From Phycisphaerae bacterium (GTDB taxonomy: Bacteria > Planctomycetota > Phycisphaerae > UBA1845 > Fen-1342), in assembly GCA_050115495.1 (NCBI GenBank), contig JASFQK010000023.1, positions 31,291 through 95,290 on the forward strand: a DNA stretch of 64,000 nucleotides, in the 5' to 3' direction. Position 1 is the first letter of the stretch; every line of letters begins with the position of its first letter. A program made the position numbers and the translations under genes. The notes beneath the pieces were generated by a model. That model ran no database searches. It saw nothing but the letters and a program-made list of their open reading frames with translations, and was not told where the DNA came from. Below, one piece after another: positions 39,954 to 51,759 of the stretch.

Positions 39954-42029
39954 TCAGTCGGGCCGGGGCCAGAAGACGTGGTCGTTGGTGTCGAAGCGCT
40001 TGTCGTGAACACCGCCCTCGTCGGTGCCGTTGGCGCCCACGGTGTACAGCACGAAGTCGTCGCCATCGAGCCGATAGCGGAACGGCTGCCCGGAGAACGG
40101 ATCGACCGCCGTCGTGCCGGCGCCGAGTGCTTCGAGTGAAGCGGGCAGCACGCCGTGCAACTGCCGATAGGCCATGAGCTCCGTTACCAGTGTCGCCGCC
40201 CGGCGGCAACTTTCGCCACGGGCCTGCACGGTGTGCACGCGAGAGAAGCTCGGGACGAGCGTTTTCATGACCGGGTTGACCGTGGGGTCGGCGGCGAGCT
40301 GGGCCTCGAGCAGGGCCATCTGCGCCTGGGCTTCCTGGTAGGGCAGCGTGACCGCCACACTGACGGCGTCGTAGAGGGCGTTGACGTCCTGGACCGTCCT
40401 GGCGTAGTCGTCGCGGCCGAGCGTGGGTTGAAGTTCTCCGACGGCGCTGCCTTCGCCGGTCAGGTTGGACAGCACCGAAGCCCACTCGCGATCGAGCGTG
40501 TACGTGCCGGTGGCCGGGTCGAGGTGGTAAGAGCGTTGCAGGCTGTCGAGGAACATGGCCCGTTCGACTTGCAGCGTTTCCTCCAGGGGGCGCGGCGGCG
40601 GGCCGGCAGTGGCGAGCCGTTCGGCCAACGCCGAGTAGTCGAGCTCCTCGCTGGCCGGCGACGCCGGCAGGTCCAACAGGGCCTGTGAGGCCAGGGCCTG
40701 AACGGCGACGCCCACCAGGTTCTCGATGAGCGTCGTGCCCCGCGCCATGCAGGCACCGGCGGCGAGGGTGTCGGCGTAGCTGGCCGCCGCCCCGTCGGCG
40801 AATCCCTCGCTGGCCAGCCGTTTGCCGTCCATCACGGTGAGCTTGGCCAGTTGCCGCATGGGTGACAGATTCGGCAGCAGAGCGGTGAGCATGCTGCCGT
40901 CCTCGCTGTGCAACTCCCAGCCGTTGAAGTCCAACTGGCCAGCGTTGCGGAAGAGCGTGATGGCCTGGTAGTTGGCGTCGAGATACTGCTGGGTCAGCGG
41001 GTCGGCGAGCGCCGCGGCGTCACCACGCTCGGCGGCCAGGTACAACTCGCTGTCGCCCGCCCATTGGACGATGCTGTCGATGGCGGCTTCGAACTCGGGG
41101 CCGGCGTTGGGGCCATCGGTGAAGGTCATCTCGTTGGCCCAGGCCAGGTAGTCCGCCGGGTGTGCCGGATCGGGCCAGGGCACGGCCATGCCGCTGGGGG
41201 TGACGATTGCCTCGGGCGGGGTGTATTCCTCAAGAGCCTCCGCTTTCTCCATCACCGCTTCCGGTTCCTGAGCGGCAGCGAGCTCAGTCTCGGCGTCGGC
41301 ATCCACCGGAGCTTCCGCCTCTTCCTCCACCAACGCTACCTCGGGCTTGGTGACCTCTTCGCCTGGTTCCGCTGGCGGCTGCTCGGTCAGCTCGGCGCTC
41401 GCGTCCTCCGGGCCAGGCTCGCCGAAGAGGAGAGCCAGGATCTCGGGCGGGATTTCCGTGGACGGCGCCGCCGCGGCGTCACCGTCCCGCACGACGCGGA
41501 GCGTCTTCAGATCGATGCGGATTTCCCGCTCGCGCTCGAACGTGATGACGAACTGCGGCGGCGAATCGACGAAGGCGTACTTGGCCCCGCGCAGCCAATC
41601 GATCGAGCGTTTCTGCACCTTGACGTATCGCCAGTCGCCCGGGCCCAGCAGGTCCGGCAGCAGAAAGTGTCGCAGCAGCGAGCCGGAATCGCCGTAGATC
41701 GCCAGGGCGTGGCGTGCTCCGCCCACGCGATATTCATCTAATGTGACGACGTAGCGGCCGTCGTCGCTGATGAGGGCGACCTCGGGGCAGACATCGTTGA
41801 CGAGGAACCGCTCCCAACACTTGCGGGTACGGTGTTCCCGTTCGCCTTGCTCCAGAAGGGTGGCCCTGCAGCCGCGGAGAGCATCCGTCCCCGGTCGTCC
41901 CGGCCGCAGGCGGAGTTGAAACCGCTTGTTCGCGGAGGCCGCCTCGCGGAGCGGGCCCTCCGCCGACGCGACACAGCAGGTGAGCAAGGCAGCCAGCAGC
42001 AGGCTGAGCGTGGGTAGTCGGCGTGCCAT
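39954..42029 (-). CDS. Secreted hypothetical protein with C-terminal GspG-like motif
   Basis: Signal peptide; acidic linker; LPASLEAL...DPFSGQPFRY...LYTVGANGTDEGG. Confidence 0.8.
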   Translation of the reverse strand: MARRLPTLSLLLAALLTCCVASAEGPLREAASANKRFQLRLRPGRPGTDALRGCRATLLEQGEREHRTRKCWERFLVNDVCPEVALISDDGRYVVTLDEYRVGGARHALAIYGDSGSLLRHFLLPDLLGPGDWRYVKVQKRSIDWLRGAKYAFVDSPPQFVITFEREREIRIDLKTLRVVRDGDAAAAPSTEIPPEILALLFGEPGPEDASAELTEQPPAEPGEEVTKPEVALVEEEAEAPVDADAETELAAAQEPEAVMEKAEALEEYTPPEAIVTPSGMAVPWPDPAHPADYLAWANEMTFTDGPNAGPEFEAAIDSIVQWAGDSELYLAAERGDAAALADPLTQQYLDANYQAITLFRNAGQLDFNGWELHSEDGSMLTALLPNLSPMRQLAKLTVMDGKRLASEGFADGAAASYADTLAAGACMARGTTLIENLVGVAVQALASQALLDLPASPASEELDYSALAERLATAGPPPRPLEETLQVERAMFLDSLQRSYHLDPATGTYTLDREWASVLSNLTGEGSAVGELQPTLGRDDYARTVQDVNALYDAVSVAVTLPYQEAQAQMALLEAQLAADPTVNPVMKTLVPSFSRVHTVQARGESCRRAATLVTELMAYRQLHGVLPASLEALGAGTTAVDPFSGQPFRYRLDGDDFVLYTVGANGTDEGGVHDKRFDTNDHVFWPRPD

Positions 42030-42302
42030 GATGGTGATCCCTCGCTGACAGATATAGGACCATGTGCGGCGCCGCCCGTGCCGAGCGGCACCGTCCCCCA
42101 CCGCATGTTACAGCGCCAGTCCAGAGGCGCAGCGGGGCGCGACGGCTCGGCGCCGGGCGGAGGATGTCGCATGGCTCTGAGAACTCTCCTGGACGATTTA
42201 CTCCATGCGGGAGTACGGGGATCTGAAACGTCGATGTTTGGTTGGTGTTCGTGAGCGGTTTCGTCGCTGTATAACTGGAGAGCAACGGTCGTAACCGATT
42301 AA

Positions 42303-42382
42303 TTGACAGCCTGTTACGGTGTTTCATATTCGGAGTACTAGGTCCGAAGTAAATTGACCAAGTCCAAAAGCTGAGCTATACT
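42303..42382 (+). promoter_or_regulatory. Tandem sigma70-type promoters of dnaG-rpoD
   Basis: TTGACA-N16-CATATT (42303-42330) and TTGACC-N17-TATACT (42354-42382) in an AT-rich tract. Confidence 0.7.
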
Positions 42383-42479
42383 ACACACTGTTTCGAGTGA
42401 GGTGAGTGCGGGATCCCGGCAATGGGCGGCGAGGGAGGTTGGCCGGCCTGCCCGGGGCCAAGCGGGCCGGCGGACTTTA

Positions 42480-44312
42480 ATGCCTAACTCTATTACTGAA
42501 AAGGTTTTGCAGTCCACGGACCTCGTGGAGCTGATTCAGGAGTACATACCCCTTACCCGCCAGGGTAAGGAGTTTGTCGGCCTTTGCCCGTTTCATCCCG
42601 ACCACAAGCCCTCTCTTCAGGTGAGTCCGAAAAAACAGATCTTCAAGTGCTTCGCCTGCGGTGCGGGCGGCGACGCACTGAAGTTCATACAGATGCGTGA
42701 ACGCCTGCCCTTCCGGGAAGCCCTCACCCGCCTCGCCGCCCGGGCCGGCATCAGCCTGTCCGTCACAGATGAGGATCGGCGGAGTGAGCAGCTCCGGGAG
42801 CAGATGCGGCGGACGATGGAGTGGGCGCGAACCTATTTCCAGCGGTGCCTGCAAGACACGGCTGGCGGTCGGGCGGCGATGGAGTACGCCCGCCGGCGCG
42901 GCCTGACGCCGGAGACGATCACTCGGCACGGTCTCGGTTATGCCCCGGATTCGTGGGACGGTCTGCTGACGGCCGCCGGTCGGTCGGGTGTACCGGGTCC
43001 GGCCCTGGAACAGACCGGGCTGGTCGTGGTGAGCGACAAGGGCAAGCGTTACGACCGGTTCCGCCACCGGCTGATGTTCCCCATTCATGATGCCTTGGGG
43101 CGGTGCGTGGCGTTCGGCGGTCGGGCGCTGGGGGATGACCCTGCGAAGTACCTGAACTCGCCGGAGACGGCGCTGTTTAGTAAGTCGCGGGTCCTTTATG
43201 GGTTTGATCTGGCCCGGGACGCCCTGGGGCAGCGGCAGGAAGCGATCGTCGTCGAAGGGTACATGGATGCGGTTCTGCTGCACCAGTTCGGGTTCACGCA
43301 CACGCTGGCGGCCCTGGGCACGGCGATGACGGACGCCCACGTGAAGCTGCTGCGGCAGCGGGTCGAGCGGCTGGTCCTGTGCTTCGACGGCGATGAGGCC
43401 GGCATGCGGGCGGCGGACCGGGCGGTGGAGGTGTCGCTGCTGGGCGGGGTCGAGGTCCGCGTCGTCGCGCTGGAACCGGGGCTGGATCCGGCGGACTGCG
43501 TGCTGCGCGACGGAGCCGCGGGGTTCGAGGCGGCATTGCAGGCGGCCAAGGATGCGCTAGAATTCAAGTGGTCGTTGACCCAGGATAAGTTCGCCGGCGG
43601 AGGGTCACGCGCGCGGCGAGCGGCGATCGAATCGCTGCTTGAGTTTGTGGCGGGCGTGGTAGCGGCCGGCGGCATGAACCCGCTCGAACAAGGGCTGTTG
43701 GTTCGGCGGCTGAGCGGCCTATTGGGCCTGCCGGCGGAGGCGGTTTATCCGCTGCTCGCGTCGCCTCGACGGCGGCCGCGCGGGCCGGCAGCCGTGGAGA
43801 CGGACGGGCCGCTCGAGTCGGACTACGAGCAGTCGATCGACGGGATGCCTCCCGGGTTGGTGGCCGCGGCGGAAGGGTTGCTGGGTCTGCTGATCACGGA
43901 CAGCCGGTTCGCCGCCCGGGTGGATGACCGGTTCGTGGAAGTCGTGGAAACGAACGGCGTATGGCGGCGTCTGTACGCGTTGGTACGGGATTTGATTGAG
44001 GAACTGGGACATTACGAACGGCCGGACGTGATCCGGCGTTGTGAGGATGGCGTGGTCTGCGACCTGGTTGGCCGGGCTTGTGCCCAGGTGGCCGGCGTGG
44101 CACTCACGTCCGAGGCGTGGGACGAGATGGCGGAACGGCTGGCCGGAGAGCTGGGCGTTCAGCGAATGGAGGAGTTGGAGCGTGGTCTGCGGCAGTCGCC
44201 GGCGGCGGACGTCGACGGTGGCGAAGCCTTCGGGCGGCTGTTGGAGACGGCGCGCGGCCAGGATTTCGCCTTGCCCGCACGGAGCCGAGCGGGCGGAGCA
44301 TGCGGACCGTAG
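42480..44312 (+). CDS. dnaG: DNA primase
   Basis: Zn finger CPFH...CFAC, AKYLNSPET, TOPRIM VEGYMD and FDGDEAG. Confidence 0.97.
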   Translation: MPNSITEKVLQSTDLVELIQEYIPLTRQGKEFVGLCPFHPDHKPSLQVSPKKQIFKCFACGAGGDALKFIQMRERLPFREALTRLAARAGISLSVTDEDRRSEQLREQMRRTMEWARTYFQRCLQDTAGGRAAMEYARRRGLTPETITRHGLGYAPDSWDGLLTAAGRSGVPGPALEQTGLVVVSDKGKRYDRFRHRLMFPIHDALGRCVAFGGRALGDDPAKYLNSPETALFSKSRVLYGFDLARDALGQRQEAIVVEGYMDAVLLHQFGFTHTLAALGTAMTDAHVKLLRQRVERLVLCFDGDEAGMRAADRAVEVSLLGGVEVRVVALEPGLDPADCVLRDGAAGFEAALQAAKDALEFKWSLTQDKFAGGGSRARRAAIESLLEFVAGVVAAGGMNPLEQGLLVRRLSGLLGLPAEAVYPLLASPRRRPRGPAAVETDGPLESDYEQSIDGMPPGLVAAAEGLLGLLITDSRFAARVDDRFVEVVETNGVWRRLYALVRDLIEELGHYERPDVIRRCEDGVVCDLVGRACAQVAGVALTSEAWDEMAERLAGELGVQRMEELERGLRQSPAADVDGGEAFGRLLETARGQDFALPARSRAGGACGP

Positions 44313-44342
44313 TGGGTGTGGTCCGGCAGCCGGGGAGTGGCT

Positions 44343-46145
<1,803 letters not shown>

Positions 46146-46298
46146 GGCGCGACGCCGGGCAACGACCCGGGGCGGTTCATTTCATCCGGACGGTGGGTTC
46201 GGGGCAGGCTTTGGCTGCGCCGAGGCTCCCGATTTGGTGACGCCCGTCCGATATGCTAGGATAGGTTGAATCCCACTGGCAGTTGAAGGAGGCACGTC

Positions 46299-47150
46299 GT
46301 GAGCGCTCCCAGAGCATGTTTCGGCGGGCTGACGGTAGCCCTGTTCGCGGTCGGGGCGGCGCTCGCCGCCGTTCCCGAGGTGGGCTATCTGATGCCGAGT
46401 CAGTTCACCGTGGCCTCGGGTGGTGAGGTGCAGGCCCGGTTCGAGGTGGGCAGTGCCACAACGACGAAGGTGTCCTCGTGGCCGGCCGAGCGGCTGGGGT
46501 ACTTCTTCATCCGCAGCGGCGGCACGCAGGAGAACCGTGATACCCTCCCCGCCACCCAGGATGCCCCGACGCGGAGCGAGCCGATCCGGCTGACGCACGC
46601 GGGCGTGGCCGTGCTCGGGCTGGATATGCAGCCCGAGGTCGTCCTGACGCCGGTCGCCGACCTGCAAAGGTTCGTCGAGCAGAACGTCGCCGAGGGGGCG
46701 CGGAGCGCCGTGCTCGGGCAGGCCAGCCGACAGCAGGCGGTGCGCGTGCGGCGGGTGGAGTCAGCCCTGACGATGGTGCGGGTGCCCAGTGCGGACGGGA
46801 AGCGGCGTCCGTCGAGCATCGCGATGAGCAAGACGGGTCAGCCGGCGGAGATCCGCTGCCTGTTCGACCCGACCATGCTGAAGGTCGGCAGCGACTTCCC
46901 GGTGCGGATTTACGCCGGCGGGTCGGCCCGGGCCGGCGTGCAGGTGAAAGCGACCAGCGTGGCCACCGGCCAGAGCGAGACGAAGCTGACCGACGCGTCG
47001 ACGACGACACATTTCCGCATCACCAGCACGGGGACCTGGCGGATCGAGTTTCATTACGTGGAGGCCCTCACCGAGGATCCGGACGCCGACTACGTGATCT
47101 ATAGCGGCACGCTAACGTTCGAGGTGCCGGCGGAAGGAGCGGGAGAATGA
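46299..47150 (+). CDS. Secreted DUF4198-like protein
   Basis: AAGGAGG RBS; signal peptide; GQPAEI...DP, TD...GTWRI, C-terminal TLTFEV. Confidence 0.6.
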   Translation: MSAPRACFGGLTVALFAVGAALAAVPEVGYLMPSQFTVASGGEVQARFEVGSATTTKVSSWPAERLGYFFIRSGGTQENRDTLPATQDAPTRSEPIRLTHAGVAVLGLDMQPEVVLTPVADLQRFVEQNVAEGARSAVLGQASRQQAVRVRRVESALTMVRVPSADGKRRPSSIAMSKTGQPAEIRCLFDPTMLKVGSDFPVRIYAGGSARAGVQVKATSVATGQSETKLTDASTTTHFRITSTGTWRIEFHYVEALTEDPDADYVIYSGTLTFEVPAEGAGE

Positions 47151-49447
47151 AGTCGACAAGCAAGCGACGCGTGGCCCGCCGGCTGGCTGTGCTGGTGATC
47201 GCTGTGACGGCGAGCGCGGCCTGGGCGGTCGACTGGGTCGAGCTGGGCCCGGCGCCGTTGCTCGAAGATTCCTATGCGCACACCGGTCGCGTGGCGGCCA
47301 TCGCGTGCAGCCGGGTCGATCCCGGGTTGTGGTACGTGGGCGGCGCCGACGGCGGCGTGTGGAAGACGACAGACGCCGGCCAGACCTGGACGCCGCTGAC
47401 CGACGACATGCCCACGACGGCCATCGGGGCGGTGGCCATTGACCCGCTGAACGAGGACATCATCTACGCCGGCAGCGGCGAGGCGAACTACGCCAACCAC
47501 AGCCGCTACGGTCTGGGCCTGTACAAGTCGACGGATGCCGGGCAGAGCTGGACGGTGCTGGCGGCGGACGTGTTTTCCGGCCGGTGCTTCTCGAAGATCC
47601 AGATCGACCATCAGAATCCCCAACGGGTCTTCGCCTCGATCACGCGGGCCGGGGGCTTCCCGGAGATGGCCGCGGCCAAGGGCCATCCGGGGCGGCTCGG
47701 ACCGGTGGGCGTGTTCCGCTCGCTGGACGGCGGCGAGACCTGGACGCAACTGACGAACGGCCTGCCCAACTTGTCGGCGACCGACCTGGTTATGGATCCG
47801 ACTGACTCGAACATCCTGTACGCCGGCATCGGGCACATCTTCGGTTCGGCCGACAACGGCGTGTACAAGACGACGGACGGCGGCAACACGTGGACACGGC
47901 TGACGGGCGGGCTGCCACTACAGGAAGTGGGCCGCATCAGCATCGCCCTGCCGCCGAGCCGGCCGTACTGGGTGTTCGCGATGATCAGCCACGAGGCGAA
48001 CGCCAGCGGCGGGGCGGCCGGCATGCTGGGTCTGTACCGCAGCATCAGCTCGGGCGAGAACTGGTCGAAGCAGACCAGCACGCCCAGCATGCAGGCGACG
48101 TACGGCTGGTACCTGTCGGTGCTGGCCGTGCACCCGATGTATCCGACGAACCTGTACGCCGGCGGCGTCACGATGCATCGTTCGACGAACGCGGGCGGGG
48201 CCTGGAGCACGATCACGCCGCCACACGTGGACATCCACGCGATCACGTTTAACGCCGAGAACAACCTCGTCGTCGGCGACGACGGCGGCGTGCACTTCTC
48301 GTCCGGGCAGGGCAGCCTGTGGGAGTCGTGCAACCAGGGGCTCGGCCTGGCTCAGTGCTACGCCGGCCTGGCGACGCATCCGACCGGTGACGAGCTCATG
48401 GTCGTCGGGCTCCAGGACAACGGCACGGTGCAGCGCGACGTCGACGGCGTGTGGATGAACCGCATCGGCGGCGATGGCGGCTGGATCCAGATCGATCAGG
48501 CCGATCCCAACTACGTGTTCGGCGAATACCAGGGTACGGGCAACCTGTTCCGTTCCGCCGACGGCGGCACCACGTTCCAGGCCATCGGCGGGGGCATCGC
48601 CAGCGGTGACCGCAACTGCTTCCTGCCACCCTACCTGATCGACCCCACCACTCCGGGCCGCATGCTCTACGCGACGCAGCGACTCTGGCTGAGCACGGAT
48701 CGGGGCAGCAACTGGACGGCGCTCAGCGAGGACCTGACCGCTGACGAGGACGCTTCGATCCGGGCCGTGGTCATGGCCCCTTCGCAGCCGACGACCGTGT
48801 ACGCGGCCACCAACGACGGGCGCGTGCTCGTCTCGACGGACGGCGGGGCGAACTTCACGCTCATTCTCGAGGACGCCGCGGGCTGGCCGCGCGTGACGCG
48901 CGAGCTGTACGTGCATCCGTACGATCCGGACACGCTCTACCTGGCCGGGGCCGTCTACGGCCTGCCGCACGTGCGGCGCACCTGCGACCGCGGCCAGACG
49001 TGGGAGACGCTCGACGGCGATCTGCCCGATCTGCCGGTCAACGTCGTGGCCGTCGACGTGCGCGGCAACCTGCCCATCATCTTCGCCGGCACCGATTCCG
49101 GCGTGTATCGCACGGTCAACGGCGGCCGCTCGTGGCACCGCTTCGGCGTCCACCTGCCGAACGCCTGTACGATCGACTTCCGCTTCCAGCCCGAGCGTGG
49201 CCGGCTCATCGCCTGCACGCAGGGCCGCGGTATCTGGCATATTCCCGTCGGTCTGCCGGGCGATCTGAACGGCGACGGGCTGGTGAACAACTTCGACATC
49301 CGTCCGTTCCTGCTGGCCCTGGATGATCCGGAGGCTTTCGCCGAGCAGTACCCCAACGTCGACCGCGTGCTCAACGGGGACCTGGACGGCAACGGTACAC
49401 TTGATACGTCGGACATCAGGCGGTTCGTGGAGATCCTGCTCGGGTAG
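47147..49447 (+). CDS. Secreted BNR/Asp-box beta-propeller (VPS10/GH74-like) protein with dockerin-like C-terminus
   Basis: Many S/TxDGGxTW boxes; GSGEAN, HVDIH, GLQDNG, GGDG, TQGRG; GDLNGDGLVNNFDI. Confidence 0.88.
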   Translation: MKSTSKRRVARRLAVLVIAVTASAAWAVDWVELGPAPLLEDSYAHTGRVAAIACSRVDPGLWYVGGADGGVWKTTDAGQTWTPLTDDMPTTAIGAVAIDPLNEDIIYAGSGEANYANHSRYGLGLYKSTDAGQSWTVLAADVFSGRCFSKIQIDHQNPQRVFASITRAGGFPEMAAAKGHPGRLGPVGVFRSLDGGETWTQLTNGLPNLSATDLVMDPTDSNILYAGIGHIFGSADNGVYKTTDGGNTWTRLTGGLPLQEVGRISIALPPSRPYWVFAMISHEANASGGAAGMLGLYRSISSGENWSKQTSTPSMQATYGWYLSVLAVHPMYPTNLYAGGVTMHRSTNAGGAWSTITPPHVDIHAITFNAENNLVVGDDGGVHFSSGQGSLWESCNQGLGLAQCYAGLATHPTGDELMVVGLQDNGTVQRDVDGVWMNRIGGDGGWIQIDQADPNYVFGEYQGTGNLFRSADGGTTFQAIGGGIASGDRNCFLPPYLIDPTTPGRMLYATQRLWLSTDRGSNWTALSEDLTADEDASIRAVVMAPSQPTTVYAATNDGRVLVSTDGGANFTLILEDAAGWPRVTRELYVHPYDPDTLYLAGAVYGLPHVRRTCDRGQTWETLDGDLPDLPVNVVAVDVRGNLPIIFAGTDSGVYRTVNGGRSWHRFGVHLPNACTIDFRFQPERGRLIACTQGRGIWHIPVGLPGDLNGDGLVNNFDIRPFLLALDDPEAFAEQYPNVDRVLNGDLDGNGTLDTSDIRRFVEILLG

Positions 49448-49579
49448 GTCGCCGGAGCTGCGGGCCGACGACAGTGCGGAGGGCGTGCCCTGGGCGACGA
49501 GGTCGAAGCAACCACCGAGGTTTCGGCAGAAGGAAGCAGCGCTGCATCACCTGCCCGCAGTACCTGGAGGAGGGTGCTG

Positions 49580-50431
49580 ATGCGTTGGCGCTGGGCGATT
49601 CGCCTGGGCGTTCTTGCCCTGTTGATCGGATACTTGAAATTCGTGGGACTGGACAGCAAGTTCTACTATCCCGATCGCAAGGTCCATCAGCGACCGGAGG
49701 ACCTCCGGCTCGTTTACGAGGACGTGCACTTCCCCACGACCGACGGGTTGACGCTGCACGGCTGGTTCCTGCCAGCCGAGGGGACGGCGCGCGGCACGGT
49801 CATTCAGTTCCACGGCAACGCGGCCAACATCACGGCGCACGTCGGGCTGGTGTGGTGGCTGCCCGCCGCCGGCTATAACGTGCTCCTGTTCGACTATCGC
49901 GGCTACGGCGAGTCGGAGGGGCGCGTGACGCGGGTGGGCACGATCGCCGACGGCAATGCGGCGATCGACTACGCACTGCGGCGGCCGGACGTGGCGGGCA
50001 AACCGCTGTATCTGTACGGGCAATCGCTGGGCGCGGCGGTGGGGATCGTGGTAGCGGCGGACCGGCCGGAAGTGGCGGCGGTCGTGGCCGAGTCACCATT
50101 CAGCGGCTATCGGCGGGTGGCCGCCCGGCATGCTCAGGGGCTGGTGTACGCTTCGTGGGCGGCCCGCGCGCTGGCGTGGCTGGCGATATCGGATGGCTAC
50201 GACCCGCTCGACTACGTCGGCCGGATCGCGCCACGGCCGCTGCTGGTGATCGTCGCCGAGAAGGATACGATCTGCTTCCCGGAGCAGGGGCGGGAGCTGT
50301 ACGAAGCGGCGGGGGCGCCGAAGGACTTTTGGTCGGCGCCGGGCTCGGCACACCTGGAGATCTGCTTCGATCACGACGGTGAGCTGCGCGAACGGATCCT
50401 GGGCTTTCTGGACCACCCCCCATCACCTTGA
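49580..50431 (+). CDS. Alpha/beta hydrolase
   Basis: FHGNAAN, FDYRGYGES, GQSLG nucleophile elbow. Confidence 0.9.
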   Translation: MRWRWAIRLGVLALLIGYLKFVGLDSKFYYPDRKVHQRPEDLRLVYEDVHFPTTDGLTLHGWFLPAEGTARGTVIQFHGNAANITAHVGLVWWLPAAGYNVLLFDYRGYGESEGRVTRVGTIADGNAAIDYALRRPDVAGKPLYLYGQSLGAAVGIVVAADRPEVAAVVAESPFSGYRRVAARHAQGLVYASWAARALAWLAISDGYDPLDYVGRIAPRPLLVIVAEKDTICFPEQGRELYEAAGAPKDFWSAPGSAHLEICFDHDGELRERILGFLDHPPSP

Positions 50432-50447
50432 GCGAATCGTCGCGCGA

Positions 50448-51596
50448 TCAGTCGGCGGCTTTCAGCACCGTGCGGGCGATGACGTAGCGCTGAATCTCGC
50501 TGGTGCCTTCGTAGATGCGCGTGACGCGGGCGTCGCGGTAGAGCTGTTCGACGCGGAAGTCGTTGCAGAAACCGGAACCGCCGTGAACCTGCACGGCGCG
50601 GTCGGCGATGCGGCCGGCGGCCTCGCTGGCGTAGAGCTTGGCCATGCTGGCTTCCTGGGTGAAGGGTTGCGTACCCTCCTCCTTGAGCATGGCAGCCCGA
50701 TCGGCGAGCAACTGGGCGGCGTCGATCTCCACGGCGCTGTCGGCGATCATCCACTGGATCGCCTGGAAATTGCAGATGGGCTGCTTGAACTGCACGCGTT
50801 CCTTGGCGTAGCTGACCATCTCGTCGAGGCAGGCCTGGCCGATGCCGATGGCCTGGGCGGCGATGCCGATGCGACCGCCATCAAGCGCCGACAGGGCGAC
50901 CTTCATGCCGCAGCCCTCGCCGCCGAGGAGGTTCTCCTCGGGGACGAAGACGCCGTCGAGGCCCATCTCCGCCGTCTCCGAGCCGCGGATGCCCATTTTG
51001 CCGTGGATCGCGGTGCGTTCGACGCCGTCCTGCTGCGTATCCATGAGCAGCATGGAGAGGTCTTTATGCGTGCCGGTACGGCCGGTGCGGGCCAGCACGA
51101 CGAACCAGCGGCCGGTGATGCCGTTGGTGACCCACATTTTCGGACCGGTGAGGCGGTAGCCGCCCTCGACGCGTTCGGCCCGCGTACGCACGGAGCTCGG
51201 GTCGGAGCCGGCGTCGGGCTCGCTGATGGCGAAGGCGGAGAGGTTGCCCGTCGAGCCCAGTTGGCGGAGCAACTGGTCGCGAACGCCGTCGACCGCGTAC
51301 ATGCGGATGATCTCGCAGACCATCGAGTGCACGCTGATGGTCACGGCCACCGACGGTGAGGCGTAGGCCAGTTCACGCAGGATGTGGGCGTACGGCACCA
51401 TCGGGCAGGCCAGGCCGCCGTCCTGCTCGGGGACGCGCAGGCCCAACAGACCCATCTCGGCGTACTGCTCGATCAGCTCGCAACAGGACGTCTCCGCCCG
51501 GTCCCACTGGCGGTCACGCTCCAGCAACTCGCCGCGGGCATAGTCCCGGACGCCGTCGATCAACATACGGTGGTCTTCGGAGAGGGGGGCGATCAT
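50448..51596 (-). CDS. Acyl-CoA dehydrogenase
   Basis: SEPDAGSD, KMWVTNG, KMGIRGS, RIGIAAQ, RIYEGTSEIQ. Confidence 0.95.
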   Translation of the reverse strand: MIAPLSEDHRMLIDGVRDYARGELLERDRQWDRAETSCCELIEQYAEMGLLGLRVPEQDGGLACPMVPYAHILRELAYASPSVAVTISVHSMVCEIIRMYAVDGVRDQLLRQLGSTGNLSAFAISEPDAGSDPSSVRTRAERVEGGYRLTGPKMWVTNGITGRWFVVLARTGRTGTHKDLSMLLMDTQQDGVERTAIHGKMGIRGSETAEMGLDGVFVPEENLLGGEGCGMKVALSALDGGRIGIAAQAIGIGQACLDEMVSYAKERVQFKQPICNFQAIQWMIADSAVEIDAAQLLADRAAMLKEEGTQPFTQEASMAKLYASEAAGRIADRAVQVHGGSGFCNDFRVEQLYRDARVTRIYEGTSEIQRYVIARTVLKAAD

Positions 51597-51759
51597 GGCT
51601 CGTCGTCGATTGGAACATGGATTGCGCGGCCGATCCGTCCGCAGGAACTGCTTCGCATAACCACACAATGGTATCATTGTACCCGATGGTCCGGGTCTTG
51701 TCGCGGTCATCGTCGCCGGTCGCCGGGCCGCCCGGCCGGGACGTCTGGAGGCACGTGCT

